Shown here piece by piece: positions 41,468-52,133 of a DNA stretch of 64,000 nucleotides; the first letter of the stretch is position 1, and the number at the start of each line of letters is the position of its first letter. The notes beneath the pieces are model-generated. The model worked only from the letters and a program-made list of their open reading frames with translations, was not told the DNA's origin and ran no database searches. The position numbers and the translations under genes are program-made. This DNA comes from Lophium mytilinum (lineage: Eukaryota), in assembly GCA_010093605.1 (NCBI GenBank), contig MU004197.1, positions 930,001 through 994,000 on the forward strand, in the 5' to 3' direction.

Positions 41468-42293
41468 CTCGGTGATTTGCATTCCGTTTTTGGCCCATAG
41501 CCTGTGAAACATGCTAAGATCGCCACCTTCACAATATTCGAACGCCGACCTTACAGTGGATGGTCCTGGGTTAGGAAGTGTGCCAAGAAACTCCAGAATC
41601 GTCGAGGAGCCTTGCGCTGCTGATATCATCTTGATTTCTTGTATAGCTTCTTCGTCGTAACCACGTTTCATTTTCTTCATGATAATTCCCGGTGCGACTC
41701 CTTGTGCTTGATGTGGCAGATCAGTCCCTACCCCCCGGTATCCAAGGGATGAGACGCTCAGTTCGTATCAAATTCGTCCAGTGAAAAGACGCTCCTATCA
41801 TTGCTCAAGGGCCAACGCAAGAAAGCGAAGAGAGTAAATCGAGAAGCGTTCGGAAATGAGAACATATTGCCCATATTCTCAATCCTGAAAGGAGGTTGGG
41901 GCTTCGTGAGGTGCAAGAGGTAGGTGTCTTGGGACGAGTGATACAAGGTCTTGGTTCGTACAAACTCCGATAGAGGATATTCGGTACTACATGCTGTCGT
42001 ACGCCCGTACACGATGAGTGTGTGGGAGATAGTGATGTTGTTGTGCGAGAAGTTGTGGTGTGGTGTTGTTATGGAGGTCTTGGCGAGTAAGCTATGTGTA
42101 GTTACCAGAACGCGAAGCGGCTTTTTGAGTACCATTCTCACCACGATGTGGCAGTATGCTAGTGGTTATGATGGTACGAAGCGTGGCAGCAGTTCGCTGC
42201 TCCACGCCTAGCTCGTTCGCGCCTCCTGCTTCGCTAGGGAGCTCGTGGTGTGCGATGAGGTCGTCTGTGAGTTGGAGAGAAGAATAATTGGCA

Positions 42294-42440
42294 GATCATC
42301 GAAGTTGTCGCGAACTTAGGATTCACTCGGGCAAGGGCAGTACCAGTAGCCCTAGATGTAGAACTGCCTAGCTTGGCGTTGATCTTCATGCAGACATTCG
42401 ATGCATACTGGGAGTCCAACTTGACGCACTGGGCCGAGTG
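42294..42440 (-). other. Captured Argonaute fragment C (MID to PIWI start), about 145-150 bp
   Basis: Encodes SAQCVKLDSQYASNVCMKINAKLGSSTSRATGTALARVNPKFATTSMI, including the Argonaute hallmark QYxxNVxMKINAKLG. It lies about 70 bp downstream of the intact kinase stop. Ends are approximate. Confidence 0.9.
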
Positions 42441-42509
42441 TGCAAAGTGATTGGAGAACTCCAAAAGAGTCGGCTATAATTCTCAAAAGTGTTGCCAGAC
42501 GCTCTCCCT

Positions 42510-43715
42510 CTATGCGAAGGGATCATCTTCCGTTTTGGCGTCCGGAAACAACTCCCATAGGTTGAATTCGTGATGACCGGGTACTTTTCTCTTGATTGCC
42601 CAGTCTTCAAGGGGCTTTGCCGCCATTCTAGCTTTAGCAGGCGCGAACGGCCTGACAAGCTGCAAGAGCTGAGACGCGGTGGGCCTGTCTCGGGCATTCA
42701 AGTGACATGCTGATTGTATGGCGCGACAAAGAGCGTCGCAGTGCAGGCGGCCTGGCACACCGCAAATATGTTTGGCCTTCCTCGGTGCCAGATTCTTCCT
42801 CTCCTTCTTTTCTTCAATCGGCATGTCGGTGTCGAGACGGCCCAAAGAGCAAGGGGATTCCCCATGGGCAAGGTAGTGGATAACGCTACCCACAGCCCAA
42901 ACGTCTGATGCTTTCGTTGACCGAAATGGCTCGGGAGGCTGGTAGCTCCAAGTGCCTGCTCCATACTCTTCTTTATCTCGCTCTTCGCTCTGGAACTCAG
43001 CAAGCCCAAAGTCTGCATATTTTATCTCTGGATAGCCACCCGTTGTGGTTGAAGCGATGAGGATGTTGGCAGGTTTGATGTCTCGATGGACTATGTTACA
43101 CTCTTCGTGGAGGTGGACCAAACCCTCGGCTAGTTGCTTGAATATGTGCCACAAGAGAGCGTCCGTCAGAGGCTTCTTGTGTTCTTGCCACGCATTGTAG
43201 TACTCGCTGAGATCACTCTCGCGGCAGTACTCGAACACAGGCCGTAGTTTGAGTGGCTCTGGGGGGTTTGGAAGGTTGCCCAGGTAGCTGAGGATGCGTG
43301 GGTGGCCTCCCGCGGCCTTGAACATTTCTATCTCATGTTTGGTCTCTTCGTCCACATCATGGAACATTTGTTTCATGATATAGTACCGGTGTGATTTCTT
43401 GTGTTGGATGAGGTTTATCGCGCCTTGCCCTCCGCGAGTGATCTCTCGGTATCCCCAATTTGTAGTGAGCGTGTCCTCTTTGAAAGTTACATTCTCGTAC
43501 GAGGGAACAAGCCCGGTCTCGGCGTTGTCGATTGAACTGTTGGGAGTGTCTTTAATGTCACTATTCTTGTCGAGAGCGTCCTCAAGGCTGGACACTTCAT
43601 CGGAAGAGGTATCTATGTTGGTCCATTCGTCTGAAATGTCCTCGATCCAAGCACATTGCGTCGAAGTTTCGTTAACGATACTCCACTGCTCGAGAGTGTC
43701 GTTGAATGTAGTCAT
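42510..43715 (-). CDS. Intronless Ser/Thr protein kinase, divergent and loosely NIMA/Nek-like, 401 aa
   Basis: RGGQG loop, YIMK, alphaC E, FEYC, LLWHIFKQLAEGLVHLH, HRDIKPAN, ADFG, YQPPE, SDVWAVG and RPTA. Acidic N-terminal extension. Confidence 0.9.
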   Translation of the reverse strand: MTTFNDTLEQWSIVNETSTQCAWIEDISDEWTNIDTSSDEVSSLEDALDKNSDIKDTPNSSIDNAETGLVPSYENVTFKEDTLTTNWGYREITRGGQGAINLIQHKKSHRYYIMKQMFHDVDEETKHEIEMFKAAGGHPRILSYLGNLPNPPEPLKLRPVFEYCRESDLSEYYNAWQEHKKPLTDALLWHIFKQLAEGLVHLHEECNIVHRDIKPANILIASTTTGGYPEIKYADFGLAEFQSEERDKEEYGAGTWSYQPPEPFRSTKASDVWAVGSVIHYLAHGESPCSLGRLDTDMPIEEKKERKNLAPRKAKHICGVPGRLHCDALCRAIQSACHLNARDRPTASQLLQLVRPFAPAKARMAAKPLEDWAIKRKVPGHHEFNLWELFPDAKTEDDPFA

Positions 43716-46700
43716 TGCGTCGGTGGCCGTGGTTTCAGTGCTGCTTGCTTGTCAAGTGTTGGTATTAAAGGTGGGCTTGAAGTTGTTAGAAGTGTGTATG
43801 AAGAAGGCAGACGCAGACGCAACGTAAGTTATTAAGTGCAAATTCTACGGCCACAATTGTGCATAAGTGGCGTGGTTCTGAGGTCTGCACAATGTGGTAG
43901 CGATATACTGATCCATGGGTGGTTGGTTGTTCCAGAACGAAAGCCGTCACGTGTCCATTACCAAAGCCAGAGCGAGGGCCTAATAAGACCACGAACACGA
44001 CAATAATCCATCTCTTTCCGAAGACCAGCACGCAGAGGAGCATCTGCTTATGTACAGCACTGGGTCATAGGCTTGAGCGCATCGATATCTCAATGCTAGG
44101 GCTCTAACCCTGCCTGTTTGACACCACCGTGAGGAATGGCCCGGCTAGCAGGTGGACCGTCAGTCAAAAGGTACCCTGTTTGCCGCTGTGTCGATCTTTA
44201 CATCGTATTCGGAGGTTTAACGCCCCTAGAGGCGCCCCAAGCAGTGGCAAGCAATATGGAGGTTTAGAGGAAGAGTGTTGAAATAGCGGACATGATTCAA
44301 ACCACAGGCGAAAGAGTTCTGATGTACAGTGACAGGCCACAAGTCTGGGCACATTAGCTTGACACCGCATGGAGTTCCCCCACAGGATTTCGAAGATCCA
44401 AGGGTGATGTCGAGGTTCAAGCAGTGTAGATTGGACTACCTCTGGACTAATTGGCTGCTCAACAGCCAGGGTATCCCCGACAGTGGTGTCGAGTGAGCAA
44501 GTTGGAGCCAAGCTGTAATGAGTATATGTGCCCAGACTTGTGGCTTAGTACTGTAGCGTGTTGTGACCAAGAGGAGAGATAAAGAGGATGAACAACAGTT
44601 TTTATTAAGACCTAAAAGAGAGGAGTATGCCATTCGACCAGCAAATTAGACATGAGGTTGGTATCCAATAAAATCCGCACCATTTCGTTATTCTTGGCCA
44701 TAGCGCGCGACCACTACCCACTGCGTTTCTAGAGTGCACTTAAATGGTCTTAGCTCTGCTAAAATCTAGCGATCGATGCGTTATGATCATCAAGCCGTAA
44801 AGTCGTCCTTTGATAAAAGGCGTTGATGTCGCTGAGGGCTATAACAACAGAAATAGTGTTTGGAAGGTAGGTTTGTCGTGAACAGTCTGAGCTGTGCGCA
44901 CTGGTTGTCGGTGTGCGGCGAGTTTGGGATATGAGGTTCGACCATGCAGACGTCGGAAAGTATGTGTGACGAGAGCAAGCAAAGGTGATTTGGGCTTCCA
45001 TTTAATGCGGTCAGATAGTAGTAGATTTGTCGTTCCCGTCCACATGGTCGTTGAGGGTGTTCGAGAATGCGCTACGGCCACGAGGTATCATTTGGAGCAG
45101 ATGCCTGACCCTCTAAAGTCGACCAGTAATTTAAGGATATCCCGAAGTGCGGGGCCCTCAAACAACCACAGACATTGCTTAGGGTTATTTCGCATGCCGT
45201 GGACATGCGTATCCGACTTGCACAACTCGATCTGCAACTTCGTGCCGACCATATGCAGGGCAAGCGTCGATGCCATGAACATGGTATATGCACCCACAAA
45301 CTGCATACACTTCAACGATACGAATACACATGAATAATAGACTCCGAGTATCTGCGATGAAGCTAACAGAAGTAGGATGATGGCGGAAAGGAGCAAAATG
45401 GAATGGTGAGTTCTACTCCCTCGGATATGAGAGAAGGGCAACGAAGAAGGAGGAACAGCGGGGCCTAAAAACGGATAAAGGAAAACGCAGAACAGCTTGA
45501 GATTACAAAGAATAGAGACAGGACGAAGCATGAGGACTACGAAGGAAGGGGGCCAAGTAAGGCAACAGTGTAGTTGATATACGCTTGTGCACGGCTGCCG
45601 AGACCGAACGTTGGACAAGGAAGGGCCGGAGTGCGCGAATGATCAGTCAGAGGCGGATAGCGTCATGACTGAGGCTTGCACCAAGTGTGGGTAAGGCGCA
45701 GATGGCATTCCGGCTTCCGCAAGTTGAGCGAGGTGAACGAACATTGAGGAACCGGGTAACGCAAAAGTGACTCTGACAGGCCAGCCACGCGTTTTCCCAT
45801 TCAAGGCTTTGGGTAAGGCGCAGTACCATGCTAGGAGTAACTACCAATCCAAACATGGAAGATCTCGGGCGGGAATAGACGAGTGACAGGATATGGACTG
45901 CGTTCGGTGATGGGAGCTAGACTGGGGGCCGCATCGGTGAGGATTCGCAGCAAGCCCACCCTGATGGCGGTGCTTGCGAAGCCACACCTGGACTGCGATT
46001 CATACGGTCAGCAGACGATGATGGTTTGGTTAACGTTCGCAGGCAGGGGGCTCGCCATGTCTTGGCAGCGGTTGAGAAAGCGATTGGACACCGGGGAGAT
46101 TCCTGACGCCAGAAGGGAGTCAGCGAGTCGGCCACATGGTAAACATAGATACGAACATGTGGCTAAGTTGCCGGCTTTAGAACAGAAACGTTAGTCGGGG
46201 TAATGTTGGGTCCGCGGATGGTAGCCGGCATTCTAGCTCTACGGCGCGGTCAAGGCAAAAAGCTGGGGTAGCACAGGAAGAACTCGATAGGATCGAAGCC
46301 AGCATTCCCGTGGGGGGACACAGAGAGGCGGCCAGGGAACGATGATGCCACAACGGTATACGCACTTGCATCCGTACACGTCTATGATGGTGGAGGTGGT
46401 GAAAACCATCAGCCCTAGACAAGCGTACTTCGTAACACGCCCCTGGTTTCTCGGCAGTCGGCAGGCACACCGCTGTTCGACTTGACCCTTCTCACGAACC
46501 AACCTCGACGGCATGGCCGCCCTTCACGCCGGACACGCGGTTGCATGGCGGTGACCTCTTGCCACGCGATGAGATGCCAACCTGCATTCAGCCCTATGTC
46601 AGCCCTATTCGTCATCGTCTGAGGGCCCCGATTCCCCCCGTGTGGCTTAAACCACGCACCCCCATTGTTCTTAGTTCCCCTCTACCCGTCGTGCTGTCTT

Positions 46701-48557
46701 TTGATCTCCAATGGTCGATGTCTGAGATCCGCGTTGCGGTGATCTACGATCATGTCCTTAACGTCAAGCAATTCTCTCGTCGATGAACCCCTCAAGAGTG
46801 GCAAAGCACGTATATACGAACAGCTCACGAGTATCAATGTTGGTTCTAGCCGTTCACTGTCCGAGAGTTTCCTACTACCCTATCAATGTGTCTATTCACA
46901 TCTCCCTCTCTTACCGTTTCCCTGCAGACTGATACCGGTTAATAAGATGGCCGGAGTTTATTAATAGCTAGGTGTTTCCTGCGTTCTCGTTGGGCCTTCT
47001 CAAATTAGACCACGTTAGAATTCTAAATCTTGCGAGGCATTCTTTGAGACGCCTGCCAACACCCTTGATTATTGGTAGGTCAATGACCGGACCATTTCGT
47101 ATGCAAGCATCCGCCGCTTATGCTTTTGAATAGCCATTACAGTATCGACTCCCCTTTTCACTTGGCAGCACATGGGTGTTGTTCGACATCTATCATAACA
47201 GCAAATATCGCCTCGCACCCCCTACGAGTCATGCGCATGCACGTTTCGCCGCTCTGAAAGTTTGCCGGACGCGATGCCAGCTCTTCACAAGCAGCTTGTT
47301 ACTCGATTCTCTTGAATGACCGTCTTTTGAAGACTTTTCCTTCATGCCGTTCTACCCCCCGAGAATACCGTCTAGTATCTCGACCCCTGGAAATGGACTG
47401 TAGCTTCAGAAGGACGCAGGGATGAGTCGCCCCTAGGATAGCTTCAATATTCTCGCCCTTTCTAAGAAGGACTTTCCATATTTCAAATGCTCCGCCCTCT
47501 TCTCGCATGTCCAAGGCGTCATCCCCTGTAAGGCTCAGCCAGCCTCGGGATCCTAGCGTTTTAGCCATTGAAACGAATGCAGGCTGGCACTTACGTATGA
47601 ATCTCGGGCCGTTGAGCCGAGCACCAAGGAAGGATACATCGAACATAGGAAAAGGGAGGATTTATGAGATCGCCATCTTGGCGACATGGCTGCTATATGG
47701 TCACGTGACTGGTATCTGGCAACATCTGAAGTGTGGAACCCCAGCGGCACGGTGTGAGATTCAATCCAAGTATATTCTCCTTCTCCTAAGTCTTAGAGCG
47801 CATTGAAGAGCTACGTTTCTTCGTCTCTCAATCATAAAAGCCTGGTGTGTTTCAATGTCCCAGAATTCTCGACTGGAAGACGCCCTCCTACACCATATTA
47901 TCATCTACTCTATCATACATTTATTGTTATCTTAAACACTTAATACATAGCGCAGAATCCCAACAGTGTAGTGCGACTCACGAGGTTGAAAGGAGATGGT
48001 GTTGCTCACCTCCACAGCAAAGACGCCCCGGGAGAACAGCGAAAGAACTACTTAGCCGCCAGTGAGACAAAAGACACGATCCCCGCTTCCAGATACTCTT
48101 GGCTACATGTTCTCTCTTCCGGGGACTGTTTTTGGCTGCTATTGATCGTGGTTCATACTAAGGATATCGATGCGGTGACGACAGACTCGACTGTGAAGAC
48201 CGTGCACCTCACCTCTTCGGAGCGATTAGAACTCCCAGCCTCCTCAATTCTCACTTCACCTTGCTCTTCCGCCAGATTCCACGATCCTATTGTTCCTATT
48301 GTTCTCTGTTTCCGGCTAGCGTCTTCGCCATTGAGATTTCTACTGCTCATAAAAGGCCCATCGACAAGATTCTCTTCTCTCCAAGTTTCCTTCATCCTAC
48401 ATCCTCAATATCCTCTTCACAGAATCCATATCCTGTCACCATCTCCATCGATCAAGCATCCAACTCGGCCCGAGCTACTTCCTATCTACAATCTTCTCTT
48501 CATCACTCAGCAACCATCTCCCAATCCCAAACCATCACTTCACTGTTCATCTCCAAC

Positions 48558-49261
48558 ATGTCCGACACCAACGCAAACACCAAGGTTCGTCATCGCCTAC
48601 CCGCACTCAACCAATCAGCCTGCTAATCCTTCCTAGTTCACCTGGGCCGGCGAGAACGAGCGCAAGCTCATGATGCTCACCCTCGGCCGCCAGCTCGGCG
48701 CCGAAGACTACGAGAAGATCGCAGCCTGCTTCCCTGGTACGCTTTCACCCCTCCGCTCACAGTCTCCCTCACACTAATCCCACCTCAGAGGTCACTCTCG
48801 TCGCGGTCAAGATCCGGACCTCCCGCCTCCGCGTCGAGCGCACCAACCTCTTCAAGAAGCTCGGCCTGGGCGAGCCCGACGCCGGTGCTGCTGGCAAGGG
48901 CAGGAAGGTCGCCACCAAGTCGGCCAAGGGCGCCAAAGCTGCTGCTCCCGTCGACGATCCCGTCGCTGAGAAGCCGAAGGTTGCCAAAGCTACCACTCCC
49001 GTCGCTAAGAAGCCGAAGACCGCCAAAGCTGCTGCTACCGTCGCTGAGAAGCCGAAGGCCGCCACACCACGCAAGCGCAAGGCCAGCACCGAGGAGGACC
49101 CTGAGCTCGAAAACATCAACGTCACTCTGAAGAAGGGAAAGACCGTTCATATCAGCGAGGATTCGGAGGAGGAAGACAAGACCGTTCATATCAGCGAGGA
49201 GCAGGAGGACAAGGAAGAGGCCGTACTTATCAAGGCGGAGCCAAAGGACGACGATGAGTAG
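48558..49261 (+). CDS. Small Myb/SANT-like protein with Lys/Ala/Pro-rich and acidic tail, 199 aa, 3 exons
   Basis: Exons 48558-48584, 48637-48736 and 48789-49261, with GT-AG introns and CTAAT branch sites, splice in frame. N-terminus is MSDTNANTKFTWAGENERKLMMLTLGRQLGAEDYEKIAACFPEVTLVAVKIRTSRLR. Strong C/G third-position codon bias. Confidence 0.75.
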
Positions 49262-49619
49262 TTGGATTTGAGAGTGTTAGTCTTTAGGTTCGGTTTGGCA
49301 TATGCATATCAGGATCACCTGCCAGCGATTTTCCATAGTCTCAAAAGTTGCGCTGGACGCTGTGAGCTGCTATTATACCTGGCAGATAGCTGCACAATGA
49401 AGTCTGAATAACAGACTGTTTACTTCAATGATTCTTACTTGCCGTGATCTGAGCGTAAGAGACTCCAGTGAAGTTCAGATTAGCATCATCATGTTGATAG
49501 TTCTGGTCTTGCGAGGCGTTGCTGGGGTTGGCTTGGCAAGCTCGTAGACCATTCAAAAGGACTCACTTCTCTTTCCAATTACTACGAAGCTTCCTATATA
49601 GTGCCAAGGTAGCATACAG

Positions 49620-51900
49620 CTAGACTTAAAGCTTAGGCGCACGTAGATGCCACTGCTATAGTTCCATTCTTGCTCGTTCGACGCCACTGTACGGAGTCCT
49701 CTCGCTACTGGGTGGCTATTTGGTCAAAATGATAGCCAATCTATACCGCGCCAACAGTGACATTCATCAAGGACATGAAATCTCTAAGCTTGGCCACAAA
49801 CTCGTTCTTACTACCCATAGGGCTACGCTTTTGCTTCCTTGAAGCCACTGTACGAAGTAGCTCAGCCCATTGGTGGCCGGTTAGTTAAGAGGTAGCCCAG
49901 ATTACAACCCATCAACCTTGACATCCTATACGGACATTGGTTCCTAATGTTTTGGGCCCTGAATCGTATATTTTAAGGCTAGGCCTATACTTTTGCCGGT
50001 TCCACACCGCTGTCAGGAGTTGCTCAACTCGCCGGTAGCTAGTTAATTAATAAGTAGACTAGATTACGACCCAGCAGCCTTGACATCCTACACAGGCGCC
50101 AAAGTCTATTATTTTGGGCCCTGTATCGTATACTTTAAGGCCAGTCCGCTACTTTTGCCGGTTCGATACCGCTGTAAGGAGTTGCTTAGCTCGCTGGTGG
50201 CTAGTCGGTCAAGAGGTAGTCTAGATTACAGCCCATCAGCCTTAACATCCTACACGGACGTGAAAACGTATTACCTTAGGTCTAACTCGTATATCATAAG
50301 GCTACGATCTCGCTCTTATTAGTTTGATACCCCTATAAGGAGTACCTTAGCCAATCGATGAACAGTCCGTTAAAAGGTAGTCCAATTGACACAGTCTTGA
50401 TCCCGATATCCTAACCAAACATAAAAGATGCGAATGTAGATAGTGGTATGGATATAGTAACGCTAGGCCTTTATTCTTTCTCTCTTAACACTACTTTAAC
50501 ACTACTATAGGGGGTAGCCTAATGAGGTAGTATGCCCTGGTTAAGAGGCACCCTAGTTTATACTGCAGTAACCTTGATATACCCCTAGAGGACGTGAAAG
50601 CTATAGGCTTTAGGCCTAAATTAGATATAGCAACGCTTAGGTTTGGTTCCTACTCCTTAAATACTGCTGTAAGGAGTAGCCTAACTAGCTAAAGACCGGC
50701 CAGTCAAAATGTAGCTCATTTCATACTACAGGGACGACAATATCCTTTAAGAACATAAAGATGCAAGCTTGGACAAGGCTTCAGATATCACAGCCCTAGA
50801 GTTTCCTTTTTTCTCGCTCGACACCACCGTGTAGGGTAGCTCAGCCAGCTAACCGCCGGTCGGTTAAAAGGTAACTTAATATATACCTCGTTAGCCTTGG
50901 CATCTACTAAGAATATAAAAGCTACAAGCTTAGGGACTAAGTTAGATATGGCAGCGCTAGTAACTTACTATTGCTCGCCCGATACTACCGTGAGGAGTAG
51001 CTCAACTAGAAAGTAGCCGGCTGGCCAATAGGTGGTCTATCTTCCCACGTGTTGACCTTAGCATTATGCTGCAGTAGCTATTACTATAACCACCCAGATC
51101 TAGCACTGCTTGAGAGCCCCTCTAGAAGCTGAACACCACTGTCAGGAGTACCTCCGCCATCAAATAGCCGGCACGTCAAAACGTAGTTTACTATTCGCTG
51201 TATGGCCTTGACATTGGGTTGGAGTGGCTCCAGCACTAAGCCACAACTGTGGGCACACGGACATCACTGCTTGAATACCGCTTTTGCAAGCTGGACGCCA
51301 CTGTCAGGGGCAGCCCCTTTGCGAAGATACCTCTCTATCAATAGGAAGCTCATTTCGTAGTGTCTAAAACTTGACAAGAGGCCTACATTGTCCTCACCGC
51401 ACAGAGGCACCCCTTGCAGTGGCAATCGAGTGTGTACAAAGGTATGCCTTGTTACTGTACAGCCACACGGATGTTAGCATTGCTCGAGTGCTGCTCTTGA
51501 AGCTGCTTACCACTGTCCGGAGAAGCCTGGCCAGCAAGTAGCCATATAGTCAAAAGGTGGTCTAACATCTACTGCGTGAGCCTTGACGTTACCCTAAAGC
51601 AGCTATAAGATTAGCTATACGGATGTTAGCACTGCGCAAGTGACGCTTTGAAAGCTGCTTACCACTGTAAGGAGTAGCTCTGCTAGTCGGTAGCTAAGTG
51701 GCCAAAAGACAATCTAATATCTACTGCTAGATCCTTGACGTTGCGCTGGAGTAGCTACAACTCCAGCCACACGGATGCTGGCAGGCTTGAGTGCTACTTT
51801 GCAAGCGATACAACACTGTCAGGAGTAGCCTAACTAGCAGGTACCCAGTCAGGTAAAAGGCAGTCTAATGTATACTGTGTACAGCTTGACGTCGCACCTA
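49620..51900. repeat. Degenerate tandem array of 14 units, mostly 151-162 bp
   Basis: The anchor (a)ccactgt(a/c)aggagtagc recurs at 49687, 49848, 50010, 50172, 50333, 50505, 50667, 50827, 50988, 51139, 51301, 51513, 51665 and 51816. Secondary motifs tcaaaaggtagtct and gccttgacat also recur. Confidence 0.85.
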
Positions 51901-52133
51901 GAACCGTGAAGTCCCCCGGGGTCCCATCAAACAGGGGCAAACGAGTGTGCACAAGACTTCTTGATGATGTATGACCATCCTAATGGCCTTCAATTTCAAC
52001 TGATCTACCTATTCAGGTCCCAACCAGCCTGGTATCGAACAGCGCCATGGCCACCACTCTGTCCCAACGCCAGGAAATGCCTATATGACTTGCCATCAAA
52101 GATCTCGACGAATCTTCCGCTGCTATGAATCTT

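Larger units (their letters stand above)
36858..41874 (-). pseudogene. Ser/Thr kinase pseudogene, paralogue of 42510-43715, interrupted by two Argonaute fragments and a hAT transposon
   Basis: After removing the inserts it reads DTN*ASHPLDTGG*GLICHIKHKESHR / IMKKMK...FEYCEGGDL...QITE|ALIWHF / LQETEALTWLHDIHSIIHDEIEPGSLLVVPSS|VEGGYPNLNLGDSGLA...GTYTY*P|PEPLRSREEFDIWALGAVVHFLAHGQPPC...LPE*AMVKRKEVFNFWEM...ESDPF. This is colinear with the intact kinase. It has 4 stops and 2 frameshifts. Confidence 0.9.

Noticed and set aside
37379..42464. A single Argonaute gene or pseudogene split by the transposon
   Set aside because: The pieces are in reversed order, cover only about 150 aa in total, and the sequence around A and B is colinear kinase rather than Argonaute.
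47299..47646. Ankyrin-like phrase FEIWKVLLRKGENIEA
   Set aside because: A single short resemblance with no neighbouring repeats or gene structure.
49620..51900. CRISPR array or WD40/ankyrin coding repeat
   Set aside because: The context is eukaryotic with no cas genes. Similarity extends across whole units rather than repeat plus unique spacer. Most periods are not multiples of 3 and there is no ORF.
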